Part shown: positions 46,214-55,917 of the stretch, piece after piece
Layout: each line of letters starts with the position of its first letter
How positions within the stretch are numbered: position 1 is the stretch's first letter
Source of the DNA: a virus
Lineage: Duplodnaviria > Caudoviricetes
Length of the DNA: 63,634 nt
Reading direction: 5' to 3' (one strand)
Virus record (IMG/VR): IMGVR_UViG_3300030109_005543
Coordinates: 1 to 63,634 of that record
Made by a program: the position numbers and the translations under genes
The notes under the pieces: generated by a model
The model's database searches: none
Told to the model about the DNA's origin: nothing
What the model saw: only the letters and a program-made list of their open reading frames with translations

Positions 46214-49200
46214 ATGAGCCTTAAAAAGTATTTTGAGATCACTGATAAAATCAAATCTCTTTCCGGTAAAACGGCGGATCAAATCGGCTCTCAAGTCGAG
46301 TCCGTCGCTTACCATGAACAAGATATCATCGAAGAGGAAAGGTTTATTCCAAGAGTAGACTTCTCCGACCCGAAGAATTTTGCTCGCTATGGCTCCGCCG
46401 AAGAATATTATGATCAGTCTGTAAAGAGGATCTACAACGAGTATCCTTATGATGGCTCGTTAAGAGAGAAGCTGGAATGGAGAAACGCTTCAACCTATAT
46501 CGATCTCCATGTATTCGACAATCTGTATCCAAGAACAAACGGATACATTATCCACGGACTAGACTGGGGTACCACGCGTACAATGACAGACGGGTATGGA
46601 GACCCGGCTGATGATGAGTACATCTTTGTAAAGGGCGGCCCGAATGCCAACCCTAACGGGATGTCCCCAAAGTCAACTCAGTTTACTGGCTCTAACTACT
46701 ACGAGCCATCAATGAACAGAGGGTCAAACCTAGAGTTTGATCTAACAACTCATGGCGCCACATTAGAGTTCTGGCTGAACAAGACCGAATTTATCACTGG
46801 CTCGACAGAAAAAGAGGTTATCTTTGACCTCTGGAACGGCGCCCTCTCGTCCTCTGCAGATTATTTACGATTCAGGCTGGAGCTGTCAGGCACCACATCG
46901 GGTGCGGATCCGTGGCTCCTGACGGTAATTTCGGGAACAACAGGTTTTCAGTCAACTTCAGTCGCAGCTTCTAGCATCACAACAGCTTCCGTCGCAGACG
47001 GCAACTGGCATCACTACGCAGTTACTGTTAAGTCTGACACTGATAATGATGTTATAGAGACAAGATTCTACGTCGATGGTAACCTCAATAGGCAGCAACT
47101 TCTCGGCAAAGCCGTCAACGATACTGATGGTTCTTCACACCGCGCCTACATTGGTGCTCTCATCGCGCCACCATCTAGCTCCACAGCGAATGCCTCTGCC
47201 GGTAAACTCTCTGCTTCGCTTGATGAATTGCGCTACTGGAAGACACAGCGAAGCTCCGAAGAGATCGGCCGCTTCTGGTTTACACAGGTAGGTGGCGGCG
47301 TCAATACAGACCCCACTCCATTTACGACCACTGAAGAGTCGGCTAACATTGACCTTGGTGTGTACTTTAAGTTTAACGAAGGAATCACCGGGACCAGCTC
47401 CACCGACAGCACAGTGTTGGATTACTCTGGTCGTTTCTCGAATGGTTCGTGGACTGGGTATGCGTCTGGCGCGCGACAGACTGGATCTGCTATTGTCCTC
47501 TCTAATGCGGCCACCAAGGAGTTCAAGGACCCGATTATTTATGCCTTCCACCCGGATGTAAAGTCCATCGCCGCCGGCCTTCAGGCATCTGGCTCTGCAC
47601 ACGATAACGAGAACAACGCGGCGATCTATAACTCAATCCCTTCATGGATTACAGAAGAGGATCAAGAGGGTACAAAGAATGTTAAGTATCTTACACAGAT
47701 TATTTCTAGCTATTTTGATACCCTGCACTTACAGATTGACAGTCTAAACAGTCTCAAAAATATTGAATACCCCAGTGGCAGTGATAAGCCGCTGCCTTTT
47801 GCTGAGAGACTTCTAAACTCATATGGCTTTGTTGCTCCGGAAATCTTCCTAGATTCCGATGTATTAGAAAAGCTTGCTGACAGAAGCGAAGATAGGGTTT
47901 ATGAGAAGTCGCTCCATGATATTAAGAACACGATTTATCAGAATATTTACAACAACTTAAACTACATCTATAAGACAAAGGGCACAGAGAAGGGATTCAG
48001 AAACCTTATTCGCTGCTTTGGCATTGATGATGAGCTGGTTAAGCTCAATATGTACGCTGATAATATCAAGTATGACCTCGACAACAACAGAAGAAACATC
48101 ATTGTTGCTGACAAATTTGCTAACTTCAACACATCTGACGGCCAGACAGCTGTAATCTACAACTACAAGGACACTACAAACTCTAATTCTGTTGGTTTTG
48201 TAACGGCTAGCGCTGATCTACAGAATGGCTATGCCTCCACTTTGGAAACAGAGGTCCTGCTTCCACTCAAGCTAGCCCGCGACTCCCGAGCATTTGTTGA
48301 TACAAACACTATCAGTGCATCGCTGTTCGGAACCCACGGGACTGTTTACTCTGGGACAGACACCACTTGGGATCCCGAAGATAGGGTTAACTTCCAGGTT
48401 TACGCCGTTCGTGATGAGATCAACTCAACAAACGCTAAGTTCGTCTTAACCGGCACTGCGGGAGGCTTTGTCCCATCGCTGGAATCACAGTTGTATGAAG
48501 ACATATATAACAACACCAGGTGGAATCTTTCTGTTCGAATTAGACCAGACCAATATCCACTTACAAACCTCGTTCACGGCACTGATAACGATTATGTCGT
48601 CGAGCTGCATGGTGTTCAGGCCGAAGCTGGCGAGATTCTCCAGGAGTTTACTGTTTCTGGAACCGTGACAGCCCCACCAGCTGGTTTTGTTACAGGCAGC
48701 AAGCGTGTATATGTTGGCGCACATAGAACAAACTTCACCGGCGCTGTCCTTCAGTCGGCCGACGTTAAGGTCAATTCGTGTAGATATTGGCTTGACTACA
48801 TTAACGATGAGGCCCTTGAGGGCCACATCCTCGACACCGAGAACTTCGGTGCACTCCAGCCACACTTGTATGCGTATGAGTTTAAGATGTCTGGTTCCAA
48901 TATGGACATCTCCAAGTTTGATACGCTTGCATTCAACTGGGAGTTCTTGACAAACACAGGCTCCAACGCCGGCGGCCAGTTCATTGTCGATGATCTTAGC
49001 TCTGGTTCTGCTGAATTAACAACATTTGGTGAGCTAGGAAACATTCTGAACAAGCAGTATACGGCCCGAGGCGACTTCTTCAAAGCATCCTCCACCGATC
49101 CTATCGACAAAGACTTTGTTGTTTCCTCTAAGTTAAATCTACCAGAGAACGTCCAATCACAAGATATGGTCCGAGTGCTGAATGCACAAGAGCAGGACGT

Positions 49201-52200
49201 CTTTACAACAGAGTCTAGGCCCATCAACTACTTCTTTGCTTTCGAAAAGAGCATGTATCAGACAATCTCAGAGGAGATAATCAATTACTTCGCGACACTG
49301 AGAGACCTTCATAATCTGATCGGTGATCCAGTCGAGAAGTATAGAACTGACTACAAGCAGATGGCGTATATGCGCCGAAAGTTCTTCGAGAAGGTAGGCA
49401 ATGATGAGCTAGACTTTGACAAGTTCTATGAGTTCTATAAGTGGTTTGATACCTCACTATCCTTAATGCTGGGTCAGTTGGTGCCAGCCTCCGCAGATTT
49501 TGCTGACACTGTTCGAACGGTGGTTGAGAATCATGTTCTGGAAAGACCTAAGTACCAGCGTAAGTTCCCATTCCTACAGAGGGAGGGCGGAGTAGACCTT
49601 GAAGGAACCCTTACATCATCAAACGTCTCGGCTCCTTCTCGTCCAGAGCCAGGCTCGCCTTCGATGGTATACCTTGCCAACACGGCGATTACTCGACGAC
49701 AGATCGGTACATCCAATCCTACTCGATTTAAAGAATACAAGTTTAACCATGCTCCACTTTCGGGAGCTAACGCTCACCTGCCATGGCAGAGGTATAGACA
49801 GGGCACAGGCAGTGCCTCAGACCCGCGTGCAGGCATTCTGGCGGCACTTAATTCGACTTACACCCGAATGATCGGAGCCCCGGTAAACGTTAATTTTGGA
49901 GCCGTACAAACCATTGGCGGTGTACTCCGCCACTCAAGCAATAAGCCGAACTTCACATTTGCTGCAGCAGCCCCATATGGCCCAAATGTCGATCAGCCCT
50001 CGACAAACATTCCGGTTAACATTATGCTGTCCTTTGATACCGATATTGAACAGCTTGTTGATACTCCGGACGTCTACTTCGCTAATCGAAAGCAACGCCT
50101 GGGCTTTGGCCTGAACCCATCACAAAACCGCAGCGGTTCAGAGGATTTAAAATTTGATGGCAACATGTATGCACCATTTAGTTTGTACAGCTCATCCGTC
50201 CAGACTGGTTACAACGCTGCCATTGTTGAAAGTTACTCCACGGGCGCGATGATTACAAACCTGCATAACGATTTTGTTAACAGCACAGACACGGGTCTCC
50301 AGGGGCCGTTTACAGAGAAGTTTGTCGGCGGCCGCTTCTATCGACACGCAGAACTAAACGATGGCACCGATAGAAGAACAAACAGACCCGAAGGTTTCCG
50401 ACTCCTCTTGGGTCTTGGGTACCCTCCAACTCTAGAAGTTCCTGTTGGAGCCTCCGGTGCCCTGGGCATTGTGGCACCAAACTATCCGTTCGCAGATTCC
50501 CCAGCTGGGTCAGCACCTGACGGCTTCTTGCCAGAGACACCAACAGCACAGCGCTTCCGCGATGAAACTGCAAAGCGTCCGGTTAACATTAAGAACATTC
50601 TTATGTCTACCGGATCGACAGCTGTAAGGCTTTCCGGCACCATTGTTCACAACCAGATTGGTAACTATCAGAAGAACTATCAAGTCATCCAGACTGCAGG
50701 ACGTACGATTAACGATCCATTCTTCAAGGATCAGTCTATTACTTTTGCTGCAGATCCAGAGACAACTGCAACACGAGGGCGCTTCCCGCTAGGCACCGCA
50801 ACATCATCTACAGCGAACACTGGCGGAGACATTGACTTTACACTGCCAGACAGAACGGGTGCCAACTCTAATGAGACAGTATTCGTCAACCTGTTCTCGT
50901 CCCCCGGATCTTTTGAAGTATTGTCAAGAGGCTATCTTGATCCTGCTCACGAAGAGTTGTCGGTATATAACGCAAGCCCATACCGCAACCGAGGTATTAT
51001 CTCTCATGGTATGTCAGGTTCTGCCTCCCTTGATCCTGATGAGGCCAACACCATTGCCGTAGTTGACCAGATCGATAAGAATCGTGGCCTGAATCAGCTG
51101 GCAACTCTGCACGCTGGACGTTTTGGATCCGATGCAGCATATGGATCCGTCCCGGCAGCGAGTTATGTAACAGTTCCATCTTGGCATAAGACAAACCGAA
51201 ACAGAGCCCGTCGCCCCGAGTTGTCGGGAACACACACTCTCTTTACGGGTTCGCACTTCGATAACCTGTTCGTTCAGCACGCAATCCCTCGATCACTTCA
51301 GCAATACACTTGGGTAACAGCCTCATTGGGGCAGAACCAGATAATCTACTCCAACAACAGGCCAACTTGTTTCAGCGCTAGTTCGCTGGATGAGCTGACG
51401 CAGACAGGATCCTACTCAAACGTAACATTTGTTGGTCTCAACACACGCTTGATTGATCCAGTGTCTGCCTCCGCGCATGTTCTTGGTTTCCCATCAAGTT
51501 CAAACGCTAGCTCCTCCTACATCAACGCTGATTTCTTCCCTGGCAATCCGTTGGACAACGAGGCTGATTTGCTTAACGTATTGACTACCATGCGTAATGG
51601 AGCATTTGGATATCCAACCTGGAAGCAGATCCGCACCGGCGAGACAAAGACAGCACGCGCGCTGATTAGAACAAACCAGATCGGATATCTGCCGTTGCCA
51701 GAGAGGCTCCCTTCGGGTCCTCAGCGAACCCAACCAGCCCAAGGATTGCAACCAAATAACTTTATTGACCTTACCGAGGCACCAATCTCTCTCAATGCTT
51801 CGCCGATTACATTCGCATTGGAGGACAACACAGCTAACTCCGATCCAGCAAACAACATGGTTGTTACGGTTCCGTTTAGAAACCAGATCGATTACTTCTC
51901 GCATAATGAATTGAACAACTTCTATAACCTGAAGTCCGACCCGAGCAACCTAAACTCATACAACACAATTCTTGACTTTACATTGAGCAGTAGCTTGAGT
52001 GTTGTGGTCTCATACACGGAAAACCTGTACCCGGCGGATATCAACATGTTTGATGATCGGGTAAGACGACGAACCGGATTCACGATTGACAATGCTTGGA
52101 ACGATGACCGCACTCAGCGCAGCTTGATAGGGCCACGCATAGCAAGATCCGGCATTTCCGGGTTCCCTGGCCTGATTAGCTCCCAGGGAGTGAATGTTGA

Positions 52201-55000
52201 GTCAGCATCTGTTTTCACCCTAGATGCTCGTTTGTTCTTTACAACTGAATTAGGAACCGTTCCAACGGGTACCCACACCTCCGCCCCGTTCGCCACTGGC
52301 TTAGGCGCCGGCGAACTTCTGAACCATTATTCGCGCTATTCTACATTGTTCGAAGTCGACTCCGGCACAAAGCATGCCACCATCAAGGCCGCCGCCACTT
52401 ACGCCGCCCTCGTCCCTGCAGGAAGCTCCAGCGCCACGGATCCTCGGGTCAGCCAGTCACCATTGGTTTATGCTGGGGACGCTCTTTGGCAAGCCGGTGA
52501 TCAATCTGGTAAAGCGCCTCATCAAAACTACACTTCATATGCTGACAGGATTGCCTTGGCAGGAAAAGACCACTCTATTATACCAGAGTTCCGTATAAGT
52601 GAATTGATGGCAACCTATGTTGACGATCAGTCTGGTGATTTCCTGGCTGAAATTGATAACATCTTTAGTTTGACTGGTGCAGCGCTCCCTGATAGCTCAA
52701 AGGAAAACTTCTACAAGACATATACAAATGCAGACTTCTTAAAATACTTCTCGGTTATCGATGAGGATCTTAACGACCAGCGGTCCGCGCCCCTTAAGAT
52801 CAAGAGAGATAAGGTCTCGCTTCGTTGCAATGCAATCACTAAGTTCTTGCCATACAAGGGATTTTACCCAGCTGAGAGAACCGTGGAGCTTGCAACTATC
52901 CTATCGCAATCCTATGGGCAATACATTGAGATCGCCGGCGTTGGCGGCTCGACGGGCCGCACCATGGTCTTGCGGGCATTCCTGGAGCCTCTATATGCAC
53001 CAGGAATCATGTATAATACAATCAAGAGTGGCCTTGCGGTTAGCAACTATGTGCTGGTTAACACCGGTAGCGATGCCAGCACAGTTAAAGGCACTCTATC
53101 GCCGCCAATCTGCAGTGGTGCTATTTCTCCACTACCAGAGGGGACGGTCCAATATAGAGAAATGCTTAATCCAAAGGGCAACGACCCGACCCTTGGTGAG
53201 AACAATGGATACCTAGTCCAAAAACTGCCTTTTGAAACGCTGCAGCGACCGTTGGCATTCATGGATACTGGACGCCTTTCCGGATCCGGCGCGATATTCG
53301 ATACTGGAGTTTCGACAGGTTCTGATGCACTCCCAAACCACGCCCTCTCCACCACTGGTGGCGGAACGGTCGGTCTAGATTTTATCAAAATCAACAACGG
53401 TAAGAGACTTTATGAACTGGCTATCGATAACTTCTTATGTGAAACTACTAACTTCTTCATGGATGGCCTTGCAAGTTTCCGCTCCAATCGAGAAGACCAG
53501 TTTGGCACGGTGGAAAGTGGTAGTACTTACCGAATGAGGATTGATATGTTCCGCACGTTGGATGCAGACTTGAAAGTTGACCGTGACTCGTTTGATCTAT
53601 ATGCCCGAGAGTCGGCCTTCGGATACCCATTGGGTCAAGGCGAAGCCCCAGGAACTACTCAGACTGCATCGTTCAACCACGTTGTTCCATCTTACTATCA
53701 TGGCCGCGGCACAGTAGACTATACTTTTGTCGCACCGAATACGGGCCGTCCAACACTGGATGAGATTCTTGCAAACACATCGATTCGCTTCACCACAGAG
53801 TATCCGTATGATGTGATTGATCAGTGCACAATGAACATTGGAGATTCGATAAACCTGACAGACTTCTTCACGGAAGTCCCAGAGAATACTGTCGAGCAGA
53901 AAAAGGTATGGCTGATTCAGTCTAAATTCGAGACACCTGTGCTTAACTTTGCAAATGTTTCGTATACAGCCCCAACCGCAAGTTTTGTTGGCCCAGATCT
54001 TTCCAGCTCTGCCGACATTAAGATTAATGGCATGTGGCACCAGTATGGTACAGCCCCAACAGCAGATAACGAGGGCGTCTTCATGAAGATCCGCGAAGGC
54101 GCTGAGTCCGCTGGATTTGAAGATCTTGCCCGAGTTGTTGGTTTTGAGACCGGTAAGCCAGTAAGAATTGGCCAGCCAAAGCAAGCAAACTTGCTTGAAG
54201 AGGCGGTGGTCGCAATTCCATTCAAGACGGTCAACAACCGTAGAAAGTTCTTCTCAGTCCAGGGAGGTAATGGCCAGCTTGATGATATCACAGCGCTCAT
54301 GGAGAAGTACATCTTCCCGCCACGATTTGATTTTGTTCTGAATGAGACAGTAGATCCAATCCTTTTGTATGGTTTTGAGTTCTCGCAAACTGTCTCCAAT
54401 AAAGACATCACTGATATGTGGCAGAACTTGCCACCAAGCATTGGTGAAAGCTTCCAACAGAAAGAGGTTGTTATCGATGACCAGCAGGTTCTTGACCTGC
54501 TTATCAACAACTCAGAGAATATTGAGTGGCTTGTGTTCAAGGTTAAGAAGCGAGGCGCTAGCTCGTATAACAAGTTTAGAAGATCGCTTGTCACAGAAGA
54601 TACTTCTGCTCTACCAGATGAGATTGGTAACTACTCATACAACTGGCCGTACGATTACTTCTCGCTGGTCGAGCTGGTTAAGATGGACGAAACTGTGCAG
54701 TACGCATCGCAGGATCTTCTTGATCCGTCAGATCCAACTGGTATTACACCAACAACCACCCGTGCAGCCACGCCGCCAACTACCAGTAGGGCGCCCCAAG
54801 GATCAGACACGGCGACTGCAACAGCACCAATCGCGCCGGCTATCACGAGAGCAGCGCCTGCAAGAGCGGCTACTGCAACTACGACAGCACCAGTGACCCC
54901 AGCAGCTCCAGCGACAACCACAACTGCTCCGGTCACAGCTGCTCCAAGGACAACCAGAGGCCGACGCGGCGGCGGCGGCAGTAGAGGAGGCGGCTACTAA
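46214..55000 (+). CDS. Giant baseplate/tail protein (2928 aa) with LamG/concanavalin-like domain(s)
   Basis: TLEFW, DGNWHHYAVT, FYVDG and LDELRYW (LamG); IYKTKGT (baseplate wedge-like); T/A/P-rich tail. Confidence 0.75.
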   Translation: MSLKKYFEITDKIKSLSGKTADQIGSQVESVAYHEQDIIEEERFIPRVDFSDPKNFARYGSAEEYYDQSVKRIYNEYPYDGSLREKLEWRNASTYIDLHVFDNLYPRTNGYIIHGLDWGTTRTMTDGYGDPADDEYIFVKGGPNANPNGMSPKSTQFTGSNYYEPSMNRGSNLEFDLTTHGATLEFWLNKTEFITGSTEKEVIFDLWNGALSSSADYLRFRLELSGTTSGADPWLLTVISGTTGFQSTSVAASSITTASVADGNWHHYAVTVKSDTDNDVIETRFYVDGNLNRQQLLGKAVNDTDGSSHRAYIGALIAPPSSSTANASAGKLSASLDELRYWKTQRSSEEIGRFWFTQVGGGVNTDPTPFTTTEESANIDLGVYFKFNEGITGTSSTDSTVLDYSGRFSNGSWTGYASGARQTGSAIVLSNAATKEFKDPIIYAFHPDVKSIAAGLQASGSAHDNENNAAIYNSIPSWITEEDQEGTKNVKYLTQIISSYFDTLHLQIDSLNSLKNIEYPSGSDKPLPFAERLLNSYGFVAPEIFLDSDVLEKLADRSEDRVYEKSLHDIKNTIYQNIYNNLNYIYKTKGTEKGFRNLIRCFGIDDELVKLNMYADNIKYDLDNNRRNIIVADKFANFNTSDGQTAVIYNYKDTTNSNSVGFVTASADLQNGYASTLETEVLLPLKLARDSRAFVDTNTISASLFGTHGTVYSGTDTTWDPEDRVNFQVYAVRDEINSTNAKFVLTGTAGGFVPSLESQLYEDIYNNTRWNLSVRIRPDQYPLTNLVHGTDNDYVVELHGVQAEAGEILQEFTVSGTVTAPPAGFVTGSKRVYVGAHRTNFTGAVLQSADVKVNSCRYWLDYINDEALEGHILDTENFGALQPHLYAYEFKMSGSNMDISKFDTLAFNWEFLTNTGSNAGGQFIVDDLSSGSAELTTFGELGNILNKQYTARGDFFKASSTDPIDKDFVVSSKLNLPENVQSQDMVRVLNAQEQDVFTTESRPINYFFAFEKSMYQTISEEIINYFATLRDLHNLIGDPVEKYRTDYKQMAYMRRKFFEKVGNDELDFDKFYEFYKWFDTSLSLMLGQLVPASADFADTVRTVVENHVLERPKYQRKFPFLQREGGVDLEGTLTSSNVSAPSRPEPGSPSMVYLANTAITRRQIGTSNPTRFKEYKFNHAPLSGANAHLPWQRYRQGTGSASDPRAGILAALNSTYTRMIGAPVNVNFGAVQTIGGVLRHSSNKPNFTFAAAAPYGPNVDQPSTNIPVNIMLSFDTDIEQLVDTPDVYFANRKQRLGFGLNPSQNRSGSEDLKFDGNMYAPFSLYSSSVQTGYNAAIVESYSTGAMITNLHNDFVNSTDTGLQGPFTEKFVGGRFYRHAELNDGTDRRTNRPEGFRLLLGLGYPPTLEVPVGASGALGIVAPNYPFADSPAGSAPDGFLPETPTAQRFRDETAKRPVNIKNILMSTGSTAVRLSGTIVHNQIGNYQKNYQVIQTAGRTINDPFFKDQSITFAADPETTATRGRFPLGTATSSTANTGGDIDFTLPDRTGANSNETVFVNLFSSPGSFEVLSRGYLDPAHEELSVYNASPYRNRGIISHGMSGSASLDPDEANTIAVVDQIDKNRGLNQLATLHAGRFGSDAAYGSVPAASYVTVPSWHKTNRNRARRPELSGTHTLFTGSHFDNLFVQHAIPRSLQQYTWVTASLGQNQIIYSNNRPTCFSASSLDELTQTGSYSNVTFVGLNTRLIDPVSASAHVLGFPSSSNASSSYINADFFPGNPLDNEADLLNVLTTMRNGAFGYPTWKQIRTGETKTARALIRTNQIGYLPLPERLPSGPQRTQPAQGLQPNNFIDLTEAPISLNASPITFALEDNTANSDPANNMVVTVPFRNQIDYFSHNELNNFYNLKSDPSNLNSYNTILDFTLSSSLSVVVSYTENLYPADINMFDDRVRRRTGFTIDNAWNDDRTQRSLIGPRIARSGISGFPGLISSQGVNVESASVFTLDARLFFTTELGTVPTGTHTSAPFATGLGAGELLNHYSRYSTLFEVDSGTKHATIKAAATYAALVPAGSSSATDPRVSQSPLVYAGDALWQAGDQSGKAPHQNYTSYADRIALAGKDHSIIPEFRISELMATYVDDQSGDFLAEIDNIFSLTGAALPDSSKENFYKTYTNADFLKYFSVIDEDLNDQRSAPLKIKRDKVSLRCNAITKFLPYKGFYPAERTVELATILSQSYGQYIEIAGVGGSTGRTMVLRAFLEPLYAPGIMYNTIKSGLAVSNYVLVNTGSDASTVKGTLSPPICSGAISPLPEGTVQYREMLNPKGNDPTLGENNGYLVQKLPFETLQRPLAFMDTGRLSGSGAIFDTGVSTGSDALPNHALSTTGGGTVGLDFIKINNGKRLYELAIDNFLCETTNFFMDGLASFRSNREDQFGTVESGSTYRMRIDMFRTLDADLKVDRDSFDLYARESAFGYPLGQGEAPGTTQTASFNHVVPSYYHGRGTVDYTFVAPNTGRPTLDEILANTSIRFTTEYPYDVIDQCTMNIGDSINLTDFFTEVPENTVEQKKVWLIQSKFETPVLNFANVSYTAPTASFVGPDLSSSADIKINGMWHQYGTAPTADNEGVFMKIREGAESAGFEDLARVVGFETGKPVRIGQPKQANLLEEAVVAIPFKTVNNRRKFFSVQGGNGQLDDITALMEKYIFPPRFDFVLNETVDPILLYGFEFSQTVSNKDITDMWQNLPPSIGESFQQKEVVIDDQQVLDLLINNSENIEWLVFKVKKRGASSYNKFRRSLVTEDTSALPDEIGNYSYNWPYDYFSLVELVKMDETVQYASQDLLDPSDPTGITPTTTRAATPPTTSRAPQGSDTATATAPIAPAITRAAPARAATATTTAPVTPAAPATTTTAPVTAAPRTTRGRRGGGGSRGGGY

Positions 55001-55917
55001 TGGAATTTTTCAATAAAAAAGAGGATGTACTAGAGGTAAAGCTTACCAACTATGGCAAAGACAGGCTCGCAGCCGGCCAGCTCAACCCAACGTTCTATGC
55101 ATTTTTTGACGATGATGTGCTGTATGATGTCAGCGGCTCCGGATTCGAGGAGACTCAAAATAGTGCAGAGGGTAGAATTCAGAGCGACACCCCTAAGTTG
55201 AGAGCGATCCCCACCCGAGAAGGCGCAGAGACAAGAGTTAACAGGTTTATTGACAATGTTTCCTCGTCTTTTAATGGCACCATCGGTGGGCAAACTTCTG
55301 ATCCGGCAGAGTATGTGGAGATATATCAGCAGCAGCCATACGGCGACAAGGGCAAGCTTGATGCATACCCGCTTGGTAGATCATCCCTGAATGAACAAAG
55401 CGCTCCTGCGTGGCAGCTAGAGCTGCTGTCGAATCCAACAGCGTCAGTTTCGGGCCGTACTTTGAACGAAGATGACTATATTCAACCGATTCCTCAAATT
55501 GATATAACTATTGATTATGAAACCTTTTACGAGTTTGGTGATTTGACTGATGAGTCCATAACCCAACATCTTGATGGAACCAATATATTCCTGGCTTTAA
55601 AAGAGAATTATCTGATGGTAGAATTGCAAGAGGAAAACACTCCGTTCGAGAAAGAAAACTTTGAGTTTGAGGTGTTCCTATCGGGCTCTACTTCCGATGA
55701 GTACACGCAATTAAGCTTCACACCTGAAAGTCCCACTGAGTTTATTGCTCCAACAGTTAATAACATTGAATACTTTATGAACATTGTAACTGACTCAGAT
55801 ATTCCGGACGAAGTTCTTGAGGAACTAAATATTAATGAAGACGCCGTCCGCACGAGTGCAGCAAGAGTTAGGTTGAATAGAGATTTGTATTCAACCAACA
55901 ATGAGGAGCCTTGTTAA
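55000..55917 (+). CDS. Putative structural protein, N-terminus paralogous to 61405..62331
   Basis: LTNYGKDRLAAG...YAFFDDDVLYD. Confidence 0.65.
   Translation: MEFFNKKEDVLEVKLTNYGKDRLAAGQLNPTFYAFFDDDVLYDVSGSGFEETQNSAEGRIQSDTPKLRAIPTREGAETRVNRFIDNVSSSFNGTIGGQTSDPAEYVEIYQQQPYGDKGKLDAYPLGRSSLNEQSAPAWQLELLSNPTASVSGRTLNEDDYIQPIPQIDITIDYETFYEFGDLTDESITQHLDGTNIFLALKENYLMVELQEENTPFEKENFEFEVFLSGSTSDEYTQLSFTPESPTEFIAPTVNNIEYFMNIVTDSDIPDEVLEELNINEDAVRTSAARVRLNRDLYSTNNEEPC

Noticed and set aside
53597-54936. Long minus-strand and alternate-frame ORFs within the 2928-aa gene
   Set aside because: They show no recognisable motifs or RBS and are expected from codon bias.
35614-55000. Inteins, introns or homing endonucleases explaining the very long ORFs
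   Set aside because: I saw no intein terminal motifs, no LAGLIDADG, HNH or GIY-YIG signatures, and no frame interruptions.
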